64,000 nt of DNA from an uncultured Holophagales bacterium (GCA_963842525.1 CAWJGT010000003.1:1344001-1408000), one strand, 5' to 3'. Counted from the stretch's first letter, positions 30,125-40,517 are shown. Made by a program: numbers and translations. Notes: generated from the letters alone by a model not told the origin.

Positions 30125-32271
30125 GCCGTCCGCCGCCTCCGGCGTGCTCCGGACATGGTCCGCTCCAGGACCGAGCGCTTGGCCAGGACGCGGTCGTAGA
30201 CCCGCTCGATCTCTTCCGCATGCTGGTCGATCCCCTTGACCTCCGGCAGCTTCTCGGCCCAGCGGTCGACCTGGCCAGGGTCGGCGGCCAGGCGCTCGAT
30301 CCACGCTCGCAGCGCCCCAGGGTCTTCCGGATCGAAGAGGGCGCCGAAGGTCTCGCCGGCCTCGGCGAACATCTCCGGCAGGGCCCCGCGGTCGCTCGCC
30401 AGCACCGGCACACCGTGGTCCAGGGCCTCGCGCGCCACCAGCCCGAACGATTCGAGCCCGAGGGAGGGGACGATCAGCACGTCGATCCCGGCGAAGACCT
30501 CGGGCTTGTCCTCCTCCGGGAAGCGTCCGCGGAATTCGACCGCGCCGGACCCGCGCAGCGCTTCCAGCTCCCGGGTATAGGCCGGGTCGATCGCCGGGTC
30601 CCCCCAGAGAGCGAGCGTGGCCCGTGCGGGATCGATCTCTTCAAAGGCCGCCACCGCCACGTGGACGCCCTTGTGCGGCAGGATCGAGCCAATGACGCCG
30701 AAGCGGAGCGGCGCGCCCGGCGTCCGGCGCGGCCGGGGGACGAAGCCTTCGAGCCGCGGCGTCTTCTCGATCCCGTACGGGATCACGAAGACCGGGTCCT
30801 CCGGCCGCAGGTAGCCCAGCTCCAGATAGCTCCGGCGGATGACGTCCGAGCCCAGGACGAAGGCTTCCGCCTTGCGCAGGGCCTGGCGGACGAGCGTGTC
30901 TCGCCGGCGGTAGAGGAGACGGTTCCAGAGCGGCGCGGGCGGCAGGCCGGTCAGCGGCAGGCAGGCCGCGCACTTGCCCGGGGCCGGGCCGCTGCACAGG
31001 CGCCTCCAGGCGTCGAGCAGGTTGGCGCGCGCGCACGGCTCCCACCAGTCCTGGACCTGGAAGACGACCGGAATCCCCCGCCGCGCCGCGATCCCCGGCA
31101 GGGTGAGGCAGTGCCCGGCCAGGTGGTGTACGTGCAGGAGGCGGGGATTGACCTCGTCCAGCAGCCGGCCGAAGTCGGCCTCCAGGAGCCGGTCGCGCAG
31201 GGCGTTGCGCGACAGCGGGTTGCGCTGCGTGAAGTTGTTGACGATCAGCCGCACCCGCACGCCGTGGTCGAGCAGCTCGAGGGCTTCGCCGTGGGCGCGC
31301 TGCGGGTCGGCGATCCGGCCGTAGACCACCACCTCGCGGTAGCGGGCCTGGCTGCGGGCGATCCAGGCGGCGTAGAGCTCGGTCCCTGCGGGGCTCCAGG
31401 GCGGCCAGCCGTGGACGAGATGGAGAACCCTCTCCGGCCGGCCGGGCTGCTGCGGCTGGCGGGTGGGGCGCAGCTCGGCGAGCACCCGCTGGCGCAGCGG
31501 GCGGATCGGGTCCTCGCGGAGGAACTTCGCCACCGTGGCCAGATATTCGGGGTGCAGCCGCTCCATCTTGCCGTGCGCGGCGCTCACTCGGACGCCGCGC
31601 CGGGTGCCGAAGCTGCGCTGCCCCTCATGGAAGACGAACGTCGCGTCGTCCAGCACGTGGGCATAGCCCGCCTTGAGCGCCCGCATGCAGAACTCGCTCT
31701 CCTCTCCGTACCCTTCGCCGAAGCTCTTCGTGTCGAAGAGCCCGAGCTGGTCGAGCACCTTCCTCTTGATATAGAGGCAGACGCCGACCCCGGTGGGCAG
31801 GTGAGGCCAGGCACGCCGGGAGCGCTCCTCGACGAGCCGGCCGAAGCGGTCCACGTCCCAGCCTGCCGGCAGGGCGTTGGTCTCCAGGAAGCGGGGGAGG
31901 GAGCAGATCGTGGCGCTGTTCGAGAACGGCGTGACCGTCGCGACCTCCGGCGCCGAGTACGCGGCCTCCTGGAGCTTTTCGACCCAGCGCGCCGTCACCT
32001 GGGTGTCACTGTTGAGCAGCACCACGTCGCGGTCAGAGGCCACCATCCCGCTGTTGACGGCGGCCACGAACCCCTGCCGGTCCGGGCTCTCCAGGACCAG
32101 CACGCCGTCCGGCCCATCCCGGCGCAGCCCGTCCACCAGCTCGCCTGTCGCGGCCGGCTGCGGCCCGTCCACCACCACCACCAGCCGGTGACGCGCCAGG
32201 TCCGTGTGGGCCAGCAGGCTGCGGACACAGCGGGAGAACGCCTCCGCCGCGCCGCTCACGGGCACGATCAC
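30121..32271 (-). CDS. GT2-GT4 bifunctional glycosyltransferase
   Basis: N-terminal LLNSDT and GYGEE; C-terminal HKG and ESFGLVAREA; the true start may be ATG 32345 with an indel. Confidence 0.88.
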   Translation of the reverse strand: MIVPVSGAAEAFSRCVRSLLAHTDLARHRLVVVVDGPQPAATGELVDGLRRDGPDGVLVLESPDRQGFVAAVNSGMVASDRDVVLLNSDTQVTARWVEKLQEAAYSAPEVATVTPFSNSATICSLPRFLETNALPAGWDVDRFGRLVEERSRRAWPHLPTGVGVCLYIKRKVLDQLGLFDTKSFGEGYGEESEFCMRALKAGYAHVLDDATFVFHEGQRSFGTRRGVRVSAAHGKMERLHPEYLATVAKFLREDPIRPLRQRVLAELRPTRQPQQPGRPERVLHLVHGWPPWSPAGTELYAAWIARSQARYREVVVYGRIADPQRAHGEALELLDHGVRVRLIVNNFTQRNPLSRNALRDRLLEADFGRLLDEVNPRLLHVHHLAGHCLTLPGIAARRGIPVVFQVQDWWEPCARANLLDAWRRLCSGPAPGKCAACLPLTGLPPAPLWNRLLYRRRDTLVRQALRKAEAFVLGSDVIRRSYLELGYLRPEDPVFVIPYGIEKTPRLEGFVPRPRRTPGAPLRFGVIGSILPHKGVHVAVAAFEEIDPARATLALWGDPAIDPAYTRELEALRGSGAVEFRGRFPEEDKPEVFAGIDVLIVPSLGLESFGLVAREALDHGVPVLASDRGALPEMFAEAGETFGALFDPEDPGALRAWIERLAADPGQVDRWAEKLPEVKGIDQHAEEIERVYDRVLAKRSVLERTMSGARRRRRTA

Positions 32272-32423
32272 ATCGACCGGACCGGCCGGCCGGTCGGGGG
32301 GACGCGAGACGGATCTCCCTCCCAGGACAGCGGAGCAGGGCGCATTTGTGGGCAGGCTATCACGAGCGCGCTCGGTTCCGGCTTCACAGCGAGGTGGCTC
32401 GGCCCTTGCTATAAGCTTCCGGC

Positions 32424-33416
32424 ATGATGAGCGACCACCGCGAGATCCGTACCGTCTGCATCACCGGGGGAGCCGGTTTCATCGGCTCCCATGTCGCCGA
32501 TGCCTGCGTCTCCCGGGGCTACCGGGTGCTGATCCTCGACAACCTTTCGGGCGGCCGGCGCGAGAACGTCCCGCAGGGTGCCGAGCTGCACGTCCTCGAC
32601 ATCCGGTCGCCCGAGGCGGCTCTCCTGGTGCGCGAGTCCGGCATCGACGTCCTGATCCATCACGCCGCCCAGATGGACGTGCGGCGCTCGGTCGAAGACC
32701 CGGTCTTCGACGCCGGCGTCAACATCCTCGGCAGCCTCAACCTGGCCGAAGCGGCCCGTACAGGCGGCGTCCAGCAGATCGTGTTCGCGTCCACCGGCGG
32801 CGCCATCTACGGCGAGCAGGACTTCTTCCCGGCCACCGAGGACCACCCGGCGCGGCCGATCTCCCCGTACGGGGTGAGCAAGCTCTCCTTCGAGCGCTAT
32901 TTATTCTTCTACTTTACGGCCTACGGCCTCGACGCCACCTGCCTGCGCTACGCCAACGTCTACGGCGAGCGGCAGAACCCGCACGGCGAGGCGGGAGTGG
33001 TGGCCATCTTCCTCAACCGGCTCCTCGCCGGCACCGTTCCGACCATCAACGGCGACGGTCTCCAGACCCGCGACTACATCCACGTCTCGGACGTGGTCGC
33101 GGCCAACCTGGCGGCCCTGGGCCAGCCCGGCTACCGCATCTACAACGTGGGTACGGGGATCGAGACCACCGTGGTGGACCTCGACAAGGCGCTCGCCCGC
33201 GCCGTGGGCACCGGCGCCCAGGCCGGCCACGGACCCGCCAAGCCCGGCGAGCAGAAGCGCTCGGTCATCGACGCCGGGCTGCTGCGCGGCGAGTTGGGCG
33301 TGGCGCCGCCGATCTCTCTCGCCGAGGGCCTCCAGCGCACCGCCGACTGGTTCCGCGCGCAGAGCGAAGCGGTCGCGCAAGAGCAAGCGTTTGCTTCCGC
33401 AGGCCCGCGTTCCTGA
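32424..33416 (+). CDS. NAD-dependent epimerase/dehydratase (UDP-glucose 4-epimerase-like)
   Basis: TGGAGFIG, YGVSK, RYANVYG, TRDYIHV. Confidence 0.92.
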   Translation: MMSDHREIRTVCITGGAGFIGSHVADACVSRGYRVLILDNLSGGRRENVPQGAELHVLDIRSPEAALLVRESGIDVLIHHAAQMDVRRSVEDPVFDAGVNILGSLNLAEAARTGGVQQIVFASTGGAIYGEQDFFPATEDHPARPISPYGVSKLSFERYLFFYFTAYGLDATCLRYANVYGERQNPHGEAGVVAIFLNRLLAGTVPTINGDGLQTRDYIHVSDVVAANLAALGQPGYRIYNVGTGIETTVVDLDKALARAVGTGAQAGHGPAKPGEQKRSVIDAGLLRGELGVAPPISLAEGLQRTADWFRAQSEAVAQEQAFASAGPRS

Positions 33417-33455
33417 CGCGGCCTCTCTTCTTTTTCACAATCATCCTTCCGGACA

Positions 33456-33484
33456 GGAACTTTCCGGCGACCTCGTGTGTCTAA
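33456..33484 (+). promoter_or_regulatory. ECF (sigmaE-type) promoter
   Basis: GGAACTT-N16-GTCTAA, conserved upstream of the paralog. Confidence 0.72.
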
Positions 33485-33575
33485 TCGAGACAAGAGGGGG
33501 CGCCCCCAGGTAAAACCCCTCACCGACAGGAAGTTGGGTGAGGCCGATCAACCTGCTGATACTGGGAGGTGCGAA

Positions 33576-34352
33576 ATGTTCGAGCACTCACTGATCGATC
33601 TGGAAGCGAAGAAGCGGCCCCGTCGTCGGCGTTGGATTTCCTTTCCAATTGCCATCGGTTTCCACCTGGCCATCATGGCTTCTGTCCTGCTCGCGCAGGC
33701 CTGGAACGTTTCGGAAGTTCCGGAGCCCGATGTAAACGTCGTGTTCTTCACCACGGCACCTCCGCCGCCTCCGGCCGCCGCTCCCGCGCGGGCCGCCGCG
33801 CCGACCCGGCCTGTGCAGACTGCCCAGGTGCCGCAGGTCAAGGCGCCCGTCGTACAGCCCGACGACGTGCCGGACCAGACGCCTGTGCCCGTGGCCTCGC
33901 CGATCGTGGCGGATTTTGCGCCGACTGCGGACTCCGGTCCTGGCGTGCCCTGGGGAGTGGACGGCGGTGATGGTGACGGCGACGGCGACACGGTCGGCGG
34001 CGATCCCGATGGCGTCCCGCACAGCATCGGCGAGCCCGAGCCGAAGGTGGAGGCCAGCCTGCCCATCCGGGTCGGCGGCGCCGTGCTGCGGCCCACCTTC
34101 CTCTCGGGCCCGCAGCCCCGCTACACCGAGACCGCGCGCAAGGCCGGTGTCCAGGGCGTGGTGATCCTCGAAGCGATCATCGACGAGCAGGGCCGGGTGA
34201 CCAACCTGAAGGTCCTCAAGGGCCTGCCCATGGGGCTCGACCAGTCCGCCGTCGAAGCCGTGAGCCAGTGGCGGTACCAGCCGGCCACCCTGGAAAAGCG
34301 GGCGGTCAAGGTCATCTTCACCCTGACCGTCAATTTCCAGCTCCAGCGCTGA
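33576..34352 (+). CDS. TonB family energy transducer, copy 1
   Basis: N-terminal TM, Pro-rich linker, C-terminal PRYTETARKAGVQGVVILEAIIDEQG. Confidence 0.9.
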   Translation: MFEHSLIDLEAKKRPRRRRWISFPIAIGFHLAIMASVLLAQAWNVSEVPEPDVNVVFFTTAPPPPPAAAPARAAAPTRPVQTAQVPQVKAPVVQPDDVPDQTPVPVASPIVADFAPTADSGPGVPWGVDGGDGDGDGDTVGGDPDGVPHSIGEPEPKVEASLPIRVGGAVLRPTFLSGPQPRYTETARKAGVQGVVILEAIIDEQGRVTNLKVLKGLPMGLDQSAVEAVSQWRYQPATLEKRAVKVIFTLTVNFQLQR

Positions 34353-34370
34353 GCCGCTGCCGCTGCAAAG

Positions 34371-34410
34371 CAGCCCCGGGCCCTCCTCCCAACCCGGGGC
34401 TGCTTCTTTT
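34371..34410 (+). terminator. intrinsic terminator
   Basis: cagccccggg...cccggggctg stem followed by cttctttt. Confidence 0.7.
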
Positions 34411-34444
34411 CCTTCTCCCTACAAAAACATTTTCAAATCCCGCA

Positions 34445-34473
34445 GGAACGTTTCGGCGCTCTCGTGTGTCCAA
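34445..34473 (+). promoter_or_regulatory. ECF (sigmaE-type) promoter
   Basis: GGAACGT-N16-GTCCAA. Confidence 0.7.
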
Positions 34474-34493
34474 TTCGGCAAGGGAGGTGCAAA

Positions 34494-35288
34494 ATGTTCG
34501 AGCACTCGCTGATCGATCTGGAAGAGAAAAAGCAGCCCCGCCGTCGTTGGACCTCCTTGCCGATCGCCCTCGGCCTGCACCTGGCGGTCGTGGCGACCGT
34601 CGGATTTGCCAATGTCTGGCAGGTCGACGAGAAGCTGGCGGATCCCCGGATTGTCGACCCCTTGCGGTCGGAGCGGCCGGTGCCGGTGATCTTCGAGGAC
34701 GCACAGCCGCCCCAGGGTCCCAAGACTCCAGTGCAGACCACGGAGGTGGTGAAGACCAGGAGCGGGCCGGTCCAGCCGGACGAGAAAACCGTACCGGAGA
34801 AGGAGCCCGGGCCCACCACGACGATACCGGCCGTGGAGGACCTCACGCCGGCCACGGACGCCAGGGGTGACAGCTCGCTCTCCGGCACGGACCCGCGCGG
34901 CAAGGGTACTGTCCCGGGCGGCGATCCGGACAGCGACAACCTGACCGGCGGCCCGAAGGTCGCGCCGGAAGAGGCCGAGCCCGAGGTGAAGAGCGTGGCC
35001 ATCCGGGTCGGCGGCGCCGTGAAGCGTCCCGAGCTCCTGTCCGGCCCGCAGCCCCGCTATTCCGAGCTGGCGCGCAAGGCAGGCCTCCACGGTGTAGTGA
35101 TCCTCGAGGCGATCATCGATGAGGAAGGCCGGGTGACCAACCTGGAGATCCTCAAGAGCGTCTCCAGGGAGCTCGACCAGGCTGCCCTGGACGCGGTCCG
35201 CCAGTGGCGCTATCAGCCGGCCACTCTGGAAAACCGGGCGGTCAAGGTCATCTTCAACCTGACCGTCAACTTCCAGCTCCAGCGCTGA
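34494..35288 (+). CDS. TonB family energy transducer, copy 2
   Basis: same N-terminus MFEHSLIDLE and a near-identical C-terminal domain to copy 1. Confidence 0.9.
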   Translation: MFEHSLIDLEEKKQPRRRWTSLPIALGLHLAVVATVGFANVWQVDEKLADPRIVDPLRSERPVPVIFEDAQPPQGPKTPVQTTEVVKTRSGPVQPDEKTVPEKEPGPTTTIPAVEDLTPATDARGDSSLSGTDPRGKGTVPGGDPDSDNLTGGPKVAPEEAEPEVKSVAIRVGGAVKRPELLSGPQPRYSELARKAGLHGVVILEAIIDEEGRVTNLEILKSVSRELDQAALDAVRQWRYQPATLENRAVKVIFNLTVNFQLQR

Positions 35289-35296
35289 GCCAAGAG

Positions 35297-35328
35297 CAGC
35301 CCCGGGCCCTCTTTTCAGCCCGGGGCTG
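35297..35328. terminator. stem-loop paralogous to 34371-34402
   Basis: cagccccggg...cccggggctg between convergent genes. Confidence 0.6.
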
Positions 35329-35338
35329 GGCTTGTGCG

Positions 35339-35395
35339 TTGTCGAATCGCTACGACGTTTTCCTGAGCCACAGCAGCGGTGACAAGCCTGAGGAG
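35339..35395 (+). pseudogene. N-terminal relic of a TIR domain gene
   Basis: reads (L/M)SNRYDVFLSHSSGDKPEE, the usual TIR beta-A start, then similarity stops. Confidence 0.55.
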
Positions 35396-37099
35396 TCGTC
35401 CGGCCCGAGGGCCCAGGCCAGGGTCTCCACAACCCGCCGGTTGGTAGCTTTGTCCTTGACCGCCACCCGGAGGGCGTGGCGGCCGAGGACTGCGCTCGTG
35501 GCCCCGCTGTCGCGCAGGAAGACGCCACGGCTGCGTGTGCGCTCGCAGATCAGGGCCGCGTCGGGTCCCTGCCGGGCGAGGAGGCAGAGGACCCAGTTCG
35601 CCACCCCGGTGAGGATTCTGGCCGCGGGGAGAACCCGCTCCAGATCCACCGCGAGCCTCTCCCGCAGCGCCGCCGTCTCTCGGTAGCACCGAGCGTAGTA
35701 GTCCGGATCTCGCAGGGCGGCCACCGCCGCTACCTGCGCCGGCAGGCTCACGGCCCAGGGGGGCGTCAGCGCCCGCAGCTCGCGGGCCAGGACAGGAGGG
35801 CCGCAGAGATAGGCTGCTCGGGCGCCGCTCAGCGCGTAGACCTTCGACATCGATTTGCAGACCACCACGTTGCCGCTCGCTGCCGCGAGCTTCTCGACGG
35901 ACTCGCCGCTCCCTGCATAGTCGATATAGGCCTCGTCCACCCAGACGCGGGTGCCGGCCGGCACATCGCGGAGGAGCGGCGCCAGGGTGGCATGAGGGAG
36001 GATCTGCCCGGAAGGGTTGTTGGGGTTCACCAGGACGACGAGGTCATACCGCGCGCCGCCGCAGGCGCGCCAGCAGCTCCTCGGGATCGAGGCGGTAGCC
36101 GGCGGCCCGGGAGAGGCGGAGCCGGTCGACCCGGCAGCCGATGATCCGTTCCAGGACATGGGCGTATTCGCCGTAGGTCGGGTCGGGCAGGAGGACGTGC
36201 GATGCCTGGGTCAGCCACTGGCGAAAGGCCAGGAACACCAGGCTGGAGGAGCCCGCGCCCAGGGTCAGCGATTCAACGGGCACTCCACGGGCCTCGGAGA
36301 GGGTCCGCGCGAGGCCGCGCCCGTCGGTGGGCGGCGATGTGCGGAGGAGCCAGGGGAGATGCTCCGCCAAGGCGTGCAGGGCGCCCGGAGCCGGTGGGAA
36401 CCAGGCGTCCAGGACGTCGGCGTTGACGATTTCATCCTTGCGGTCCAGCGTCTCGAACCTCTCGCCGATGGCCTCGAAGAAGGCACCGCCGTGGAAACAG
36501 GCCTCCTCCTGGAAGGGGACGTCCAGCTCCCAATCGATGGACGGGCGGAGCCGGTGGAGCAGGGGCGTGAAGCGGGCCGCGCAGGTCCGCAAGTGGGAGA
36601 CCGTGGCGGTCATCAGCTCGTAGGTCACACGGCCCGACCGGGCTTGCGGCCCCAGGGGCCTGAGGCCGGCCTTGCGATAGAAGCCCAGCAGCTCGCGGCG
36701 TCCGATGGCGACGATCCTGCTGCCGCCCCTGGATTCGATCAGGCGGAGGGCTGCGTACATGAGGAGAAAGGCCAGGGCGCGGCCCCGATGCCGGGACGGG
36801 ACTGTCAGCAGGCGGACCTCCCAGAGGCCTTCGTCGAAGGCGAAGGGCAGGTCCTGGCGGGCGAAGTACTTGTCGATGGAGTAGCCGTCCCGGCCGGGAG
36901 GCGTCAGGCTGACGAAACCGGCGATCTCACCGTCCTCGGCGGCGACGACATACTCGTTGAAGCCGTCCAGCGCGTCGCGAAGACGTCCCTCGTCGTTGGT
37001 CGAATGCTGGCCGAGCTCGGCGGCATAGACCGCATGGCGCAGTCGGTAGATGGCCTCGCGGTCGGCGCTGCTCGCCAGGGCAAGCCGCAGAGGGGGCAT
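35350..37099 (-). CDS. GNAT acyltransferase fused to a class I/II PLP aminotransferase (HisC/CobD-like); frameshift near 36055
   Basis: IYRLRHAVYAAELG...LWEVRLLTV; then HGGAF, NPNNPSG, VDEAY, KSMSKVYALSGAR. Confidence 0.85.
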
Positions 37100-37283
37100 A
37101 CGAGAGATCGTAACACCGGCATTCTTGTCGAGCGAGACAGGGGAAGCGGTAGGCCGGGAGGGCGATCCGGAACGGTCTTGACTGAAATACTCTTCCCGTC
37201 TAGAGCACTTACCGTCAAGACACGGTGGAAGGTCCAGATCCTCGTCCGTCTCACACAAGGCGGATCGACGGGAGGAGGGTGCT

Positions 37284-40200
37284 GTGGACGGAGCCCGCTC
37301 ATCGGGTTGGATGCTCTGGGTGGCTGTGCTGGCGCTCATCCCCGTGGTCGGAGGGATGCGAGGGGGCGGCACGCCCGGGGCTCCCGTCAGGGCCGAGGAG
37401 AAGGGGGCTGGCGAGGCGCGCCAGGAGCCCAAGGAGCCGGCGCGCCCGGTGTCACCCTGGGATGGGCCGGCGCTCCTGGTCTCGCGGCTGACGGGTGAGG
37501 TCTGGGACGGGAAGGGTGACGGGCGCGAGCGCTGGCTGGGGCTCGCGGCTCAGGTGAAGGCCGCTAGGTTCAAGCGCTTCGATCCCCTGATCGCCCTGGT
37601 CCCCTGCCCCGTCGACTCCAACCTGGCCGCGGATTTCGACCAGGCCCTGTCCGCAATCCAGGAGGCCTACGCCGACGCCGGCTATCTGCTCGAGGGGTGG
37701 TGGCTCCCCTGGACCGGCGATCCCGAGAAGGACCGGGTGCGCGAGCAGGCGCCCGGCCTGCTGATCTTCCGCCGGTTCAGTCGGCCCGAACGGGCCGCGG
37801 TGCTGGTAGTGGGGGAGGTCCCGGCCGAAGGCATCCATCGGGCGACCTTCCGCGAGGCGGTCCGCGGGATCCGCCGCTGGGCGCAGGATTGGGAGCCGAA
37901 GCGCCCGGTCACTGTGCGGGTCGTGGGGCCGACGCTGTCCGATTCAGCCCTCTCGCTGCGGCTGGCCATCCTGGAGCTGAAAGACGAGGAGGCGGCGCCC
38001 ACCTTCGAGGTCGTGACCGGCTCGGCACGAGCCCGGCGCGTCAGCGATCGGAGGCTCTGGCGGGCGCTTCGACCCGGGACGAGCTTCCACAGCACAGTGG
38101 TCGGGGAGGACGAGCTGCAGGTGCGGGCGCGTCTCTTTCTACAAGGGCAGATGCATTGGAACCTCGACGAGATCGCGCTTCTCACCGAGTCGGACACTGC
38201 CTATGGCCAGCCGTTCCTCACTCCCGAGAACCTCGAGAGCTCGGTGCTGGTGCGCTTTCCGCCGGGGATCGCCGGCGTGCGCAATGCCTGGGACCAGGAC
38301 CAGAGGCCGCCGCAGCCGAGCCCGGGCCAGGGAATGGTCCAGGTCCCGGAGACCACTCTCGACCTGCGGCTCGGCGATCGCGGCCGGCCGGTCCTGGTGC
38401 CGGAGCTGAGCACGACCACCGCGGCCAGCCGCGATCTGGCGATCGCCAATCTGCTGGCGACCCTCTCGGATCGCAAGATCCGCTATATCGGGATCCTGGC
38501 CCACGATGCCCGGGATGCCGCCTTCCTGGTCGACCGCGTCCGCCGGTTCGCCCCGAGCGCGCTCGTGTTCCTGGTAGAGAACAATCTGGTGTACACCCAC
38601 CCGCGGCTGGGGCCGACGATGAACGGCACACTGGTGATCGGCAGCTTCCCCCTGTTCGCCGGCGAAGGGCCCGACGTGCCCGCCCCGTTCCAAGAAACGC
38701 CGCGCCAGTACTTGAGCCAGTTCACCAGCGACCTCCACCAGGGGATCTACCTGGCGGCGCGACGCCTGATCGCCACGTCGCGCGGAGAGCGGCCACCCGT
38801 CGAGCGGAGACAGGTCTGGGTCTCGGCGGTCGGCAACGGCTCGCTCTGGCCGATCGCAGCCCTCGACGGGACGATCCCGGGTGAGATCTGCCCGCTTCTC
38901 CCCTGGTCTTCCCAGGCGGCGGGAGCTGGAAGGCTGTCGGAGCGGGCCAGCACCAAGCTGTTGGTGAGCGCCGTGGTGATCCTCCTGCTGACCCTGTTAC
39001 TGGAACGTTTCGCGAACCCGCCGCGCATCGCGGGCCCGCGCGCCTGGTGGCTCCTGGCCGCGGTCGCCTCCTTGCTGGGGCTGGCCGTCGGGATGCTCGT
39101 GGTCCTGGGTACGCTGCCGTACCGCCGGCTCAATGTGCGGCTCGGCGGCGAAGACCTGAAGCAGGCCGTGGCCGGTCTGCTCCTGACGGCGACCGCCGCG
39201 GCGCTGGCGGCGATCGTGGCGCGCGTCTTCAGCCGCGAGCAGACGAAAGCCCGTAGGCTGGCGCTCTTCGGCGGCGTGGCCCTGGGCGCTCTGCTCGTCC
39301 TGTTCGGGATCGATCAGGCGCTCTGTCATCTCTGGTTCCTGGGCCGTTTCGAGCTCTTCCTGCGCCGCGCCTTCACCCTGTCGAGCAGCCTGTCGCCTCT
39401 CGTCTCGCTGGCCTGGCTCGCGGGCGGCTTCTATCTCTGGGCGTTCATCGAGCTGCGACGGGCGCGGATGCAGGCACGGCAGAGAGTCGACTGGCCGGGC
39501 TCGGGCCCGACGCTGCCTTCGTTCGAGCGCTGCCGCGCCGAGGCCGATCAATTGGAGATGCTGCTCGACGGTCCCTGGCCGCGCTGGACCGGGTTGCGGT
39601 CCCTCTGGGTGCTGGTGCTGCCGATCGTGCTGTTCGCCTGTCTCAACTTTGTTGCGGTGCGTCCGGTGACCGAGCCGCGGGCCTACGGGCGCCTCTTCCT
39701 GTTCCTGCTCGGTTTCACCTTCTTCCTCGGCTCGTATTCCTTCTGCCGCTTTCTCGCAGCCTGGATGACCCTGCAGAGGATCCTGAGCCAGATCGCGCTG
39801 CCGCACCCGCCGCGCGGCCTCGACAAGGCGCTCGCCGACCTGGTGAGCTGGAGCCCTATGAAGTCGTTCGGCTGGCAGATCCCGCATTTCAGGATGGCCA
39901 CCCTGGTCGCGGACCAGATCCGCTCCCTGGCAAAGAACGGCAAGCTCTCCTCCGGCCTCCCGGCGCGGACCTCGCACGCGATCGAAAGGGCCGTGGCGGC
40001 GCAGCGTGACCGTGCGTTCGAGTCAGAGATCCAGGCCCGGGACGAGCTGCGGACGATCCTCGCCGAAGCCGATCGGGAGCTGAAGGGGTGGCGGGTCGAA
40101 GATCCCGACGTCGAACGGTTCGTGACGCTGCGGCTCGTCGCCTACATCCGCTACGTCTTCGCCCATCTGCGCGGTTGTCTGATCGCCGCGGGCGCCTGCG

Positions 40201-40517
40201 GGTTCCTGCTGTTGGCCGCGGCCTCGACCTACGCCTTCGAGCCCAACGAGTTCATTACGAACTGGATCTGGACATCGCTCCTGGTCGCGGTCCTGGTCAC
40301 GCTGGTCGTGTTCCTGCAGATGGACCGCGACGAGGTCCTGAGCCGGATCAGCGGCACGCCGCCGCAGAAGATCCAGGTCAACCGCCAGCTCGTCACCAAC
40401 TTCCTGACCTATGGCGCCGTGCCGCTGATCGGTCTGATCGCCTCTCAGTTTCCGCAGGTGGGCCGCTATCTGGTCGGGCTGGCCAATCCGCTCCTCAAGG
40501 TGGTCGGCGGTCCGTAG
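37284..40517 (+). CDS. large hypothetical membrane protein (extracytoplasmic alpha/beta domain plus about 10 TM helices)
   Basis: 1077-aa ORF with GC-rich third positions, N-terminal hydrophobic segment and C-terminal TM cluster. Confidence 0.8.
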   Translation: MDGARSSGWMLWVAVLALIPVVGGMRGGGTPGAPVRAEEKGAGEARQEPKEPARPVSPWDGPALLVSRLTGEVWDGKGDGRERWLGLAAQVKAARFKRFDPLIALVPCPVDSNLAADFDQALSAIQEAYADAGYLLEGWWLPWTGDPEKDRVREQAPGLLIFRRFSRPERAAVLVVGEVPAEGIHRATFREAVRGIRRWAQDWEPKRPVTVRVVGPTLSDSALSLRLAILELKDEEAAPTFEVVTGSARARRVSDRRLWRALRPGTSFHSTVVGEDELQVRARLFLQGQMHWNLDEIALLTESDTAYGQPFLTPENLESSVLVRFPPGIAGVRNAWDQDQRPPQPSPGQGMVQVPETTLDLRLGDRGRPVLVPELSTTTAASRDLAIANLLATLSDRKIRYIGILAHDARDAAFLVDRVRRFAPSALVFLVENNLVYTHPRLGPTMNGTLVIGSFPLFAGEGPDVPAPFQETPRQYLSQFTSDLHQGIYLAARRLIATSRGERPPVERRQVWVSAVGNGSLWPIAALDGTIPGEICPLLPWSSQAAGAGRLSERASTKLLVSAVVILLLTLLLERFANPPRIAGPRAWWLLAAVASLLGLAVGMLVVLGTLPYRRLNVRLGGEDLKQAVAGLLLTATAAALAAIVARVFSREQTKARRLALFGGVALGALLVLFGIDQALCHLWFLGRFELFLRRAFTLSSSLSPLVSLAWLAGGFYLWAFIELRRARMQARQRVDWPGSGPTLPSFERCRAEADQLEMLLDGPWPRWTGLRSLWVLVLPIVLFACLNFVAVRPVTEPRAYGRLFLFLLGFTFFLGSYSFCRFLAAWMTLQRILSQIALPHPPRGLDKALADLVSWSPMKSFGWQIPHFRMATLVADQIRSLAKNGKLSSGLPARTSHAIERAVAAQRDRAFESEIQARDELRTILAEADRELKGWRVEDPDVERFVTLRLVAYIRYVFAHLRGCLIAAGACGFLLLAAASTYAFEPNEFITNWIWTSLLVAVLVTLVVFLQMDRDEVLSRISGTPPQKIQVNRQLVTNFLTYGAVPLIGLIASQFPQVGRYLVGLANPLLKVVGGP

